Source: Octopus vulgaris (taxonomy: Eukaryota). From it: a stretch of 64,000 nucleotides of DNA. This document shows, in pieces, positions 1 through 12,180 of the stretch. Within the stretch, counting starts at the first letter, position 1, and every line of letters starts with the position of its first letter. Where the stretch lies: the NCBI GenBank assembly GCA_951406725.2, contig OX597817.1:33418001-33482000 (forward strand), written 5' to 3'. The position numbers were made by a program, and so were the translations under genes. The notes beneath the pieces are model-generated. The model was not told the DNA's origin and made no database searches. It saw only the letters and a list, made by a program, of their open reading frames with translations.

Positions 1-1131
1 ATGATGAGTGGGTACCAGGCTTAAAAAAAAATACTGGGGTCAATTTCTTTGACTTAAACCTTTCATAACGGTGCCCTAGCATGTTTCTGTCCAATGTCTG
101 AAACAAATAAAAGATTCCAGGGAAATCAGATTGATAAAGTAGAATAGTAATGTACGTTAAGAGGAAATACGGTTGAGAAACAGGAAGAAGTCTAGATTAG
201 GTGTCATCTAGTTGAAAGGTATTCTGTGAAGTTGACAACCAGTTGCTTTACTTTCTGCCTAGTTAGTTACTGTTTGAATTAATTAGGCTGTTACTACATA
301 CATTCTCCTATGGCACCCACTTTTCTGTTTATTTATTTATTCATTTATTTATTTATTTATTTATTTGTAAGTGGTGGTGGTGGTGGGAGATAGTGTCATT
401 AGTGTTATCCTATGAATATTATACTAGTTCTCAGTCAGATGTTTGGAATTTGTGGAATTAACTAAGGAAGGATGTTAGCAATATAGCAGCCATGCATATT
501 AAGCAAACTACACACACACACACATGCACACACCTACTCATATACACAAGCACACACCTACTCATTAACATAAGCACATACACACACACATGCCCATTTA
601 CTCACACACAGAACTACTCACACATGCAAGTTATTACCTCCAGTTCAGGTAATGGGTGAAAAGAAAACATGCACATTTATATACACATGCAAAGCTCTGT
701 GTGTGTGTGTGTGCATTAATCACACACCCACACTTTAGATGTAGACAAACAGATACAAAAACTGCCACGCCTTATCTTATTTCTTACAATATCTGCTAAG
801 TTCATAAATTGGTTGCAGAGGAACTGAACAATCCTGTTACTTTGGCAACTTCAGTTCCTCTTTCTCCTTTGCCTTTTGCTTAATTTCTTTCTTGTATTTG
901 GCTGTATAAATTACACCTAGAATCTATGTACGAGAAACTTAGAGCCAGAGAAACCAAGATGAAATTCCCTAAATAGGTACTTAGCAAATTGAATGAAACT
1001 GTAAACCTTTGATATATTCTTACAACTTCAATTTATTACAGACACTGATATGGCTGTTAGTCACCTAAAAATTTCAATAAATTTGCTGTGTTGCCTAACT
1101 TGTGTAGGATATTCAATTATATAAAGACCCT

Positions 1132-1154
1132 TTATATATATATATGTATGTATG

Positions 1155-1197
<43 letters not shown>

Positions 1198-1202
1198 GTA
1201 TG

Positions 1203-1284
<82 letters not shown>

Positions 1285-1312
1285 TGTATGTATATGTATG
1301 TATGTATGTATG

Positions 1313-1343
<31 letters not shown>

Positions 1344-1368
1344 GTATGTATATGTATGTATGTATATA

Positions 1369-1401
<33 letters not shown>

Positions 1402-1422
1402 ATGTATGTATGTATATGTATG

Positions 1423-1455
<33 letters not shown>

Positions 1456-1872
1456 ATGTATGTATGTATATGTATGTATATATATGTATGTATGTATGTA
1501 TGTATATGTATGTATGTATATGTATGTATGTATATATATGTATGTATGTATATGTATGTATGTATATATATGTATGTATGTATATATATATGTATGTATA
1601 TATATATATATATATGTATGTATATATATATATATGTATGTATATATATATATATGTATGTATATATATATATATGTATGTATATATGTATGTATATATA
1701 TATGTATGTATATATATATGTATGTATATATATATGTATGTATATATATATGTATGTATATATATATGTATGTATATATATATGTATGTATATATATATA
1801 TGTATGTATGTATATATATGTATGTATATGTATGTATGTATGTATGTATGTATATGTATGTATGTATGTATG

Positions 1873-1920
<48 letters not shown>
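1132..1920. repeat. Compound (TA)n/(TATG)n microsatellite, about 790 bp
   Basis: Almost pure TA and TATG units. This explains the five long Y/I/C/M/V/H-rich ORFs in the track. Confidence 0.98.
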
Positions 1921-1921
<1 letters not shown>

Positions 1922-1922
1922 T

Positions 1923-2212
1923 GTGGAGGCACAATGGCCCAGTGGTTAAGGCAGTGGACTCGCTGTCGTAGGACCGTGGTTTCGATTCCCAGACCGGGGG
2001 TTGTGAGTGTTTATTGAGCGAAAGCACTTATAGTTCCACGATGCTCCAGCAGGAGATGGTGGCGATCCCTGGTGTACTCTTTCTCTCACTTTTTCTTCTG
2101 TTGGCCTGCTTGCTTAGCCAGCGGGGTGGTGTCATTTGAAGACTAAAACAATGCGAAGCGCATTGTGACCAGCGATGTGTAGCAACATCTGATAGCCAGG
2201 TCAGTCACGTGA
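1923..2212 (+). mobile_element. tRNA-derived SINE, family C
   Basis: Head GGAGGCACAATGGCCCAGTGGTTAAGGCA (A-box-like) and GGTTTCGATTCCC (B-box-like). Near-identical copy at 57739-58050; related copies at 33051-33352 (+) and 18378-18624 (-). Confidence 0.85.
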
Positions 2213-2454
2213 TATATATATATGTCTTCTTAAGCACAACATGATGCCAAAGTTCTCAGTCATTGCCTCACACACACATAATCTTAGTCATTGGCACAAC
2301 ATAGTTTTGGCACAGGATATGCATTGTTGACTGATAATGACAATTGGCCAACTGAAATTCTCTCATACCTTTTACTTGTTTCAGTCCTTCAATTGTGGCC
2401 ATGCTGGGGCATTACCTCAAATCTTTTGTCCAATGAATTGGACATTGCAAGTTT

Positions 2455-2675
2455 CCTATTTCTTTATTGCTCACAGAGGGGACAAACAAGGACAGAGAAA
2501 CAGATTAAGTCGATTATATCGATCCCAGTGCGTAACTGGTACTTATTTAATCGACCCCAAAAGGATGAAAGGCAAAGTCGACCTCGGCGGAATTTGAACT
2601 CACAACATAGCGGCACATGAAATACCACTAAGCATTTCACCTGGAGTGCTAACGTTTCTGCCGGCTCGCTGCCCT
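2455..2675 (-). mobile_element. tRNA-derived SINE, family A (Nin/Deu-like core)
   Basis: Reverse complement of AGGCGGCGAGCTGGC...GAGTTCAAATTCC...CTTTCATCCTTTCGGGGTCGATAAA...AATAAAGAAATA. More than 15 copies in the window. Confidence 0.9.
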
Positions 2676-3977
2676 TCCTATCAAGCGTTGGTCTTCAAGA
2701 GCTGTATGCATTTGTTTGGACATTTTCTAACTCTGTTTGCATACTACAGACTCATATATAATAACACACACACACACACCTCTACACACAGTTTGCTAAC
2801 ATCTCATATTCTTTTAATTTATTATTAATAAAATTGTAAGGTATATTGGGCCCTTTTTATCCATTTATTTTAGTTAACATTATGAATAGGGTTTTTAACA
2901 ATAGTTATCCCTATCTGATCTGCTAGATCTATTTTATCTTTCTATCTTGCCCATAAAACCAAATGAATTTGATACCCCAAAAGTAAATGTTCCTTCATTG
3001 AGATAAAAATTGATGTCTGCAAACAAAGTGTGTTCTTAGTCTATGGTAACAGTATTTCAACTCCTCTGTTGTAGAACTTCTATATATGTTCCCTCGTGCT
3101 CAAGGGCAAAATTTCGCATACATTCATATTTGAAACTGCTCCCTGAAAAGTCTCTGAAAATCCATATGAAAAATTGGTTTGAATCTTCTGACCAAAACCA
3201 GTAAATTAATATAAGTTGCATGCCTTCAAATTTGTAAATTTAAAGAAAATTTCATTATTTTATCTGGGCTGCTATACCTGGTGGGTTCTTTTGGACTTTC
3301 TATACATCTTTGGTTATAAAATGGTTTCTCACTGCTGTTCACAACTATTGTTCTGGTACAGAGGTTCCACAACCTTTTGAGCTGCTTCACAATTTGCTGC
3401 TATAGTCTTATCCCTTCCTCTTACATCTGCTTCTTATCTTCATTATAAGAAACTGTTTAGAATACTAGTTTACATGTTACTATAAAAGATAACACAGTCA
3501 AAAACTGTAATAATTTCATTTTGTAATTTATTGATAATTCCATTGCACACCCATACACATATATGTGATATGGTACACTAAGTAGTCAGTCCTTCTCTAG
3601 GTGTCATTAGTAGTTCTAGAGTATAGTTGCTGTTACATAGTTAGTTTTGTATATAATAGTTAAAGTATGGTTATTTTGAGGTATAAAACAGCTGTTATGC
3701 AATTTCCCAAGCTTTTTATTTTTGTTTTTTTTTCTTAAAATATTATAGATCTTCTGGGGTGCAACAGCTGTTATTTGATCTATTTATCAATAAATGGATG
3801 CTCATTATCCAAATTTCACTAGTGTATATTTACATATATTGATTTGGATTATTCTTGTTCACCACTGAATCACACAGATAAGTCTAGAGGCCATTTTTAT
3901 CAACTTTTAATTTATTTAGAGTTAATAAATTTCACAGTGTAAAGATGTACCTTACAAATATATTTTCTCACCTCCAG

Positions 3978-4018
3978 GAATACAAGAGGTGCATCAGAAT
4001 GTAAACTCAGAAAACAAG
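3978..4018 (+). CDS. Candidate 41-nt internal NCX exon (x-IQEVHQNVNSENK)
   Basis: Acceptor ttttctcacctccAG and donor AAG|GTACCA. Open in phase 1 to 0, compatible with the phase-0 exon at 11318. No homology confirmation. Confidence 0.3.
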
Positions 4019-4205
4019 GTACCAAACTTGAGCTCAGCATTGTTTTTAGATCAGATAGCAACTAGAATACCCAAGATGTTTATTGCTTTAATCCCTGGAT
4101 GTTACTGCCCATTATATACCCTCACATTTACCCATTGTCTCCTCTTCTACTCCTTGTACTATGATACTCATAATTAAAAGGAAGACCCAAGACCTCTCAT
4201 ATTAA

Positions 4206-4425
4206 CCATTTTGTCACTATATTTCTGTTGAGATGCTCTGTTTCTTTCAATTAATTTTAAATGTAACAAAGAATTTAGTAAAATAACTTAGTCATCATTA
4301 ATCTAGTTATAGGAACATAAATTGTGACTTAGGTTTGGTGGAAGATTTTAATTCAGAACTTTTGAAAACAAGACATTTGTACTACAGAGCCAGAGGAGGT
4401 TTCAGCCAGGTTGGCATCAAAAGGG
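4206..4425. mobile_element. piggyBac-type MITE
   Basis: TTAA-CC...GGG-TTAA ends. Same internal sequence at about 34701-34910 and 37849-38066, with a degenerate reversed copy at about 5335-5535. Confidence 0.75.
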
Positions 4426-5140
4426 TTAAATATCTACAACCCCGCCACCTCCATCACCCATATCTTGCTGCCCCCACTTTGTCTATCCTTCCAAATCAGG
4501 ATGCTCGACTAAAGAGGGCTTTCATTCTGGTAGCCTTTACCCACTGTCCCCAATACTTTTTTACCATGTTCTCTTAGGTGTGTTATCTTGAGGATACCCT
4601 CTGGCTTTTCACCATCACCTTATCTCTCATTCATGCACCAATCTCCTTACCTGTAACTAAATCTCTGACTCAACCCATTATTCTTATCACTTCCTAACTC
4701 ATCCTTTCTCTCACATTAAACTACTACCTCCTACTCTCTTCCCTAATTCTATCTCTTTAGACCCTTGCTCAGCAATAAAGCTGTGTTCCAGTAAAAACTT
4801 GTGAGTAGTTATGTAGCTCATTTACAGCAACAGACCTGTTCTGCTCTAGCCCTTTTTCTCATACATTTAACCCTCATTTCCTAGCATAATGCTGCCTACC
4901 AGGGTTCATAGTGTTTTATGAGCTGCATTATGACTTCAGTAGTGCTGCTGCCATGAAAAAAAGTAATCAGTACATTCTGAAAAATAATTGGTGTGGAGAA
5001 GGGCATCCAGTCATAGATACCATGCCAAAGCAGGCACTGAATCATAATGTAGTTCTTGGGCTCATTGAATCCTGTCAAATCATCCAACCCATTTTCGAAT
5101 TGAACAAGGACTTGAAATGGCGTTATGATTAAATGATATT

Positions 5141-5323
5141 AAACCAGAAAGCTATTTGTAGCATATATTAGCGAAGTACATTTTAAATTCTTATGAGTTC
5201 AATATGAAATTATTCCTCTGCTACAGTGCCTTGAAACCAGAAAGCTATTTGTAGCATATATTAGCAAAGTACATTTTAAATTCTTATGAGTTCAATATGA
5301 AATTATTCCTCTGCTACAGTGCC
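5141..5323. repeat. Tandem duplication of a unit of about 93 bp (2 copies)
   Basis: AAACCAGAAAGCTATTTGTAGC...CTGCTACAGTGCC occurs twice, nearly identical. Confidence 0.95.
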
Positions 5324-5799
5324 CTGGCACATAACCCTTTCAAAACCAACCCACAGACCATCATTGGTTCTATGACACAAACTTCCTGTTTTGAAGTGAT
5401 CTAAATCTTCCATCAAAATTCATATTAGTTTATGTTCCAAACACCAACCAAAATTATTTCACTAAATTCTTCATTATTTTAGAAATTAGTTAAAGCAAAA
5501 AGTAGCACATTTCAGCAGAAATATAATAACAAATAGTACTACTGAGTACCGCATGAAGCTCAGATTTTAAGGCTCATTACATTAATAAACTTACAATATT
5601 AGGTGAAATGGAAATGATTTTTGAAAAGGTTGTGCGAGAAAAAACAGTAAAGAATGGCATTCATTGATATGTCTTTGAATGTTTTTATTGAAAAATGGTG
5701 AAAGATACTGCTTTATTACATCAATATATTTCATCGATATATTGTTTGTAAAGTTTTATAGTTAATCCTTGTTCTGATTATTTCCTTTTTGCATATCAG

Positions 5800-5814
5800 T
5801 TGGATAATCCACAG
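5800..5814 (+). CDS. Candidate 15-nt symmetric microexon of NCX (LDNPQ)
   Basis: tttcctttttgcatatcAG|TTGGATAATCCACAG|GTAAGC: pyrimidine tract, CAG acceptor, strong donor, length a multiple of 3, no stop in phase 0. Confidence 0.5.
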
Positions 5815-8800
5815 GTAAGCATGTTAACTCACATATGCACACACACGTATATATATATATTGTATTTATCATATCATTTCGCTGAAATGACCTTTTATGA
5901 TTATCTTCAGTCTATTTTTATCATTTTATTTTAAATCAAGTTTGTGATCAACAAAAAGATATGCAACTATTATTTGTATCAGGCTCTTGGTTAAAAAATG
6001 TTTTCTGGAGGATTATCTGTTAAATAGATGACTGCACTTATCTTTTAACTAATATATTGAAAGAAGTTTAGTATAAGCCACCGTTTAAGCATTATAAGCT
6101 TATAAATGTATATTTAACCATGTTTTAACTGAGTGTGACAAACCTTGTTAAGTAATTTATAAAGTCAGTTTGAAAACCTGTTTCCAGTTCATGATTGTAG
6201 TCATTTTCTACATAATTGTTCATGAGAAAAACACAAACTTATACAACCTTGTTTCTCCTCTTTTATGAATTTAATACTATATAATATATATATATATATA
6301 TATATCGCCAGCCCTCAGTCAAATCGTCCAACCCATGCTAGCATGGAAAGCGGACGTTAAACGATGATGATGATATATATATATATATATATATATATTA
6401 TTTGAAGAATGCACTGTTGAATAAGTTCATAAATTGAAGTCTGCTTCCAAATATTTAACTCAAAGAAAACTAGATAACAAAAGCTTAATTGATTATTTCT
6501 TTTCTTTATATAAAACACCTTAATTAAAATATTGTGCAATCATCTACTTAACAAAGGAAGAACTGCATAATTACCTTAATTTCAAACAAATTCTTAAATG
6601 ATTCTTTTCTTTTTCTCAATAATTAATCAAATGTCTTGATTCTGTTTTACCATATTTTTTATTTTCTTCTTTTAATGTGTTACAATTATGTAATTTTCTT
6701 GCCAGCATGGGTGGAATGGTCCTGCAAATTCATATAATTTTGTCTTTAGCTACATTTTCATATTATCACTCAATTAGCTTTGAAATAGTTAGTGATGTGT
6801 ATTTTCAGCTGGGTTGATTGAAACAAAGTATCTCTTATTATATCATTAATAAACTGTTGGTTTCAAAACTAAGCAATGGTTTAATTCATGTGTTTGTGTC
6901 CCTGTCCCCTTAATGTTGTACAATAAACACTTAAATTATGGGACTACTACAAGTAATTATTTTACACTTCCTAACGTTATTTTGTACCACCCTATACTGT
7001 AATTCTGTAATTCTTAGTTCCTTTCTAATTAGTACAGTATTTTGGGGTGCTCTAAAAAGATTACATACTTCTGTCAGTCATCTGTTTTTATGCATGTAAA
7101 TTTTATTTTTTTATGACTAAAATGTATTGTAGGCAAGCTTGTTAATAGGCTACATGTGACGGGTCATGAATTTCAATTTTACAGCATATTAGTAGGAAAA
7201 TATGTTATCCTTAGTGGTGTGGAAATGGAGTGTACTGACCATGAAAATGAAATAATTTGAATATTGTTTTATAAGACTAATACTAGTGTTTAAATAACAA
7301 TATACTATGTTTATTAACAACAAAAAGTGTGTTATATTTAGAAACAGTAAAAGTATGTACTACTAGCACACTTTGAATATATGAGTTCATTCTCATTTGC
7401 CCTGTCTGGCAGATATTACCCATTAGATAAGTATTCTAAGTGGATTGTCTTGGCACTACAGAAACTTTGAACTTAGAAGCCATCTGGTCTTAGACCATAC
7501 ATCTGCAAACTTAATTATCTTATCCCTGATAGTGTGACTCTTGGTTTGTATTTGGAGCAGTTATAAATTCTGAGAAATTTTATCTCCATAAAAAAGCCCC
7601 ATCAATTAAATGCTTTAGAGACAAATGTAATGAGTTATCTTTTTAGCTAAAAGTTTAACATTGGATTGTGAAATGAATTAGTTATTGAGCTTTAGGGTAA
7701 GAAAACCCAGATCAGTATCTGTTAACAGATGAGTGTTCATTTGGTCTCACTTTAAAGAAAGTGGAATAATGAATAGTAAAGTCTTGATGAAATGTTTCTT
7801 CAGGCTCTTTTTGACTTGATAACTCAGAAGTTTGTTCAGATGTGTACAAAATGTAGGAGCTTTTAAGTGTACTAGTTCATCTATTGGAAGAGATTATGTG
7901 GGTAAAGCCTTGGTTGTCTGAGAGACTTGATAAATTGATTTTTATGGCACAATTCCATTTTTTTTTTTGGAGACTGTGCACAGGTAAGTGAATTAAAAGT
8001 AAGAATTTTTTTTTTTACTGGCATTCTTAATACACCCTATTCCCTAATGACACATGCAGATGTTGAAACACCCCCATTTTTAAAAGAAAATTTGCCTGTT
8101 TCCTTTACATATTTTGGTTTAGCATTGGATACTTCCGGAACAAACTTGACATGTTGCATGAATTTCTATATCACAGTATATTTTGCATATTTTAATCATA
8201 TTACTTCAGCATGTATGCACATTTGCACAGTATGGGTTTGAACTTTTATTAATCCCCTTGCATTCTATGTTGTAACACCATTTAATTCATTATCTTTTTC
8301 TCCACAACATGATGTACAGTTTATGTCTATGTTTCATCTAAAAAAACTTTCTTTTCTAATAATTTCTGTTGATATCTTACTTGAAATTCCTAAACAATAG
8401 AAATATATTAACTTACCCAATGATATGAATCCTTTAACTATCTAACTTTTTTTAAGGCATCTACCTATTACACTAAAGTGGCAAAGAGTATATGAGTAAG
8501 GAATAAAAGTTGTTGCAGGTTTCAGAAGATATTCATATATAAAATGTCTTTAATTATGAATCAGAAGGGGAAGATTTTTGAGTTTTGATCTTTCATCTCT
8601 GTGAATAAAACCTGTTCATTTTTGTTAAGTTATTCTTTCATTCTAATAAACAAATACTTCCAGCAACATAGTGTGATATAGTAAATTATATGAAGACTAT
8701 GCAATGATGGAAGATAATAGAATTGAAATGAATGGCATGATTATCTAACAGTAGAGCAATATTATTTATCTATATTTCCTTATTAGGAGGTGAACTGGCA

Positions 8801-8910
8801 GAATTGTTTGCACATTAGAAAAATGCTGTTGAGCATTTTTCCAACTGATTCTCTATTTTGAGTTAAATACTGTTGAAGTCACCTCTGCTCTTCATCATTT
8901 TAGGATGTAC

Positions 8911-9140
8911 TTATTTCTTTATTGCCCACAAGGGGCTAAACACAGAGGGGACAAACAAGGACAAAGATATTAAGTTGATTACATCGACCTCAGTGCGTAA
9001 CTGGTACTTAATTTATCGACCTCGAAAGGATGAAAGGCAAAGTCGACCTTGGTGGAATTTGAACTCAGAATGTAACGGCAGATGAAATACTGCTAAGCAT
9101 TTCACCCAGCATGCTAACGTTTCTGCCAGCTTGCCACCTT
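8911..9140 (-). mobile_element. SINE family A with TSD AGGATGTACTT
   Basis: Family consensus match; direct repeat AGGATGTACTT on both sides. Confidence 0.9.
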
Positions 9141-9701
9141 TCAGGATGTACTTGGCCTCCATGTAATTGATGTCTCCTCCATTCAGAATTGCTACCCTTA
9201 AACCCTGCAATAGACTGGTGGTCCATTCAGGGAGGATGTTGTGATTCTCAGTCACTCATAAACCATGGAAACTGAGTAACAGGTCTTATGGAGTTCTAGG
9301 GGTTAAGAATAAAATATCTTTATAGTAATTAGTTGGCAAAGTTGAGGTACTTTCTATTTACTTTTGATTGTCATTCCCTTATTTAATAATGAAATTATTG
9401 TATACAATGCTCAGGTGCATTTAATTAGACTAATTGTCTATTTCAAATAATATTTTTTGTAAAAGAAACTCACCGCCAATAAATTATTTCTTGACATCAG
9501 TATCATATTTGTGCTGGCCAGCCTCCTTTGATAAGTCTGGAGATCTGACTGAACAACATTTAGATGTTAATATCATTGAATTTCTTTTGGTGAAGCAAGA
9601 TATCCACCTGATGGTGAATCTTTGGAAATGATGAGCTTATCTTAGAACATTGTAGTACAGCAGCCATTGTATGATGACAGTCATCAGAAACGAGAATCAG
9701 A

Positions 9702-9752
9702 CCAATGACATTTGTTACACCTGATCAGATCAGGTGTAACAAATGTCATTGG
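9702..9752. repeat. Perfect palindrome with 25-bp arms and a 1-nt centre
   Basis: CCAATGACATTTGTTACACCTGATC-A-GATCAGGTGTAACAAATGTCATTGG. Confidence 0.97.
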
Positions 9753-10329
9753 AAACTCTGATATGAGACTAAATATTTGTTTCTTATATTGGCACAAGTA
9801 GTTAGTTGGTACCACTAATCAGTGCTTGATTGGTATATTATTTCATTGGATGAAAGGCAAAGTTGATTTAGCAGGATTTGAACTCAGAATGTAAAGGCCT
9901 GCAACAAATACTGCAAAGCACTTTTTCCAAAGCTCTAATAAGTCTGCCAGTCATAAAGCAGTTTATTATTTCTTTCTCCAGGAGCATAAGAACGTGTCAT
10001 TTCTGAAATGTCAGTTAACAACATACTTGTTAATTATACAAAATAGTAAGCTGTTTTATAAAAGTAGATGAATTCAACCAGTAGGAATTAAATGTCTTTG
10101 CCATAGGTATATTGCAACAATTGTAATAGGTTACTACTTTGGTAATTTGGCATGAAAATGATTCATTCACTTTCACTCAAATGGAGTCCAACATTGCTTT
10201 CATTCTTTATGTAACCATAAGACAGTATATTGAATGAGTATATAATATTAATATTTCTTTTTTGGCAAGTGAATTGGTCTGAGATTATGTGTAGAAACTG
10301 AAGCAATTACATTATGGAGAAGCTATTTT

Positions 10330-10769
10330 AGTCATTTAAGAATTCACGAAATGTTATATTAATTTTTTTTTTATAAGATGCCAACATTTTTGTTGCTCTT
10401 CTGCAATTTGATACAGTTCCACTGCTTCGTTAAAAATCAATCACTGATGAGTTTTTATAAACCTCAGGGTTTTTATTTTAAAACGTTTGACTGTGAATTC
10501 ACTGCATAGTTGCTGTCAGGTCTTTTGATATGGGCTACCATTGGTCCCTTTTAGGTTCAACTCTTCTACTTTTCTCTCTCAGTCTATCAAAAGGTCAAAC
10601 ATGAAATATATTATAGACTTAAAGGTCAAAAAAATAAGTAAAAACAAATCTGAGGCTTATAAAACTCATCAGTAACGGATTTTCAACAAAGCAGTGGAAT
10701 TAGCAGTTACCAGGTGACAGAATTACAACGAAAAGTAAATATAGCAAAATTTGTGTTCTTAAATGACTT
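10330..10769. mobile_element. Degenerate fold-back MITE-like inverted repeat
   Basis: AGTCATTTAAGAA pairs with TTCTTAAATGACT, TTCCACTGCTT with AAGCAGTGGAA, and CTGATGAGTTTT with AAAACTCATCAG. Confidence 0.65.
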
Positions 10770-10879
10770 TTCTATAATGAAATTCTATTCTTTTTATTTC
10801 CTTTAAATATTTCTTTCTCAAGGAGTTATTTTGACAGGATTGAATTCTTTAAACTTTTCTAAACATCTAATCAGTTATT

Positions 10880-11090
10880 CCCAAACATATTTGTCTCTCT
10901 GCTATTCATCACCGCAGGTCGTAAACTGTGCCGTATTAAAAATAATTATCCACTTCCTGGCTTTACACTAACCATTTTGCTCAGTCCTTCAGCCCCAGAC
11001 TGTTATCCTTCTGGAATTCCTTCTCTGCTCGTATTTTACCTGCAGCCATCAACTTGCAACTATTCAAGAAGAATGTTAACTGCAATAATC
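10880..11090 (+). mobile_element. Old CR1/Jockey-like LINE 3' relic
   Basis: Translates TNHFAQSFSPRLLSFWNSFSARILPAAINLQLFKKNVN, resembling the SFF-R---WN-LP---FK-V C-terminus of LINE ORF2. Related to 60900-61420. Confidence 0.55.
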
Positions 11091-11317
11091 TTGATGGTCT
11101 TGGAAAGCTTCTTCCTCCTCCCTGCTCCAAAATAATTTTTTAAATACAGCAATTTCCAGGATTCTATAGCAATTTGTAAAGTGCAACAATTTCACATTTT
11201 ATTCAAGGCACAATATTACCTCCTTGGCAAACACTGGTCTAATTGGTTCCCTTGCTTGTTGATGCTGTTTTCTTTGTCTAATTGGCTGTTTTTTTTCATT
11301 CTCATTGTTTTTGACAG

Positions 11318-11511
11318 TTGCATGAGGACTTGAAGTTACCACAAGAAGAACGTGAGGCCTTACGTGTTCGCCGTGCAAAAGACCACTCTGAAGGAGGTAA
11401 AAAAGCTGTTGTAGAATTTACTGCATCAGGAGTAGCTGTACTGGAGAATGAAAAGAAGGTCCGAGTTGGTATTAGGAGAACTGGTAAAATGGATATTCCT
11501 GTGCAAGTAAG
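11318..11511 (+). CDS. NCX: Na+/Ca2+ exchanger exon (start of Calx-beta CBD1)
   Basis: ttttgacAG|TTG...GTAAG|GTAAGT. Encodes LHEDLKLPQEER...AVVEFTASGVAVLENEKKVRVGIRRTG, the Calx-beta strand A/B motif. Phase 0 to 2. Confidence 0.93.
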
Positions 11512-11554
11512 GTAAGTTGGACAACTTGGCATGACATTTTCTTGTGAATAAATA

Positions 11555-12180
11555 AGATAGTTAACCACGTGATACACAAAGGAGTCATACTCAATGACTA
11601 GTGTAGCAGCACCATAGTCAACTGCTACAAAGGTAAATGTGATGCATTAGAAATAATTGCAGATACTTCTGATGCAATTATTTCTTTTGCACACTGATAC
11701 AGATACTTCTGATGTTCCTTTCTTCTTTCATCATTTTTGTGCTCTGTTGTTTATGCATGCTGACATTATACATCCAACACAGCATACTAGCTTCATTACT
11801 TCCTATTCCTCATGTATACCCCACATTCAGTGGCCATATCTCACTACCATGTTATACTTAAGCATCATATGGTCTGTCCTTCACTCAGTGAGAGAAGTCA
11901 TTTAGGTAGCTATGAAATGCTAATGAGCTTTTTCAGTAATTTCATTTCTTGGAGTTACTTCTGTGCTTCTATCACATATTAAATCTTTTTCTGTTAGTTC
12001 TATATAGTGTACCCTTTCAGGTAGACAGTATAGAGTTCCTATTTGCTCCTTATCTGCATATGGAGTGTCATCCTTGATAAATTGACCTTTGGGCCTCTCA
12101 GTTCTAAACTCTGATCCATGTTTGGAACTTCCGTTCATCAGCATTCAGAAGTTACTATGTACAACCAGTTTTGAACTTCT
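11555..12180. mobile_element. RTE LINE fragments in opposite orientations
   Basis: 11555-11665 (+) matches the RTE at about 44550-44660. About 11700-12180 reads as a degenerate RTE C-terminal region on the - strand. Confidence 0.6.

Noticed and set aside
921-976. AG...GT-bounded 56-nt segment reading SMYEKLRARETKMKFPK
   Set aside because: All three frames contain a stop before or at the donor, so it is not a usable internal NCX exon.
1923-2000. tRNA-like sequences at SINE heads (also 28359, 40661, 57739, 58484)
   Set aside because: A/B-box-like motifs run straight into SINE bodies; I could not fold a complete cloverleaf, so they are not called as tRNA genes.
1088-2027. Five overlapping ORFs of 241-309 aa
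   Set aside because: Stop-free readings of the TA/TATG microsatellite; no protein-like complexity.
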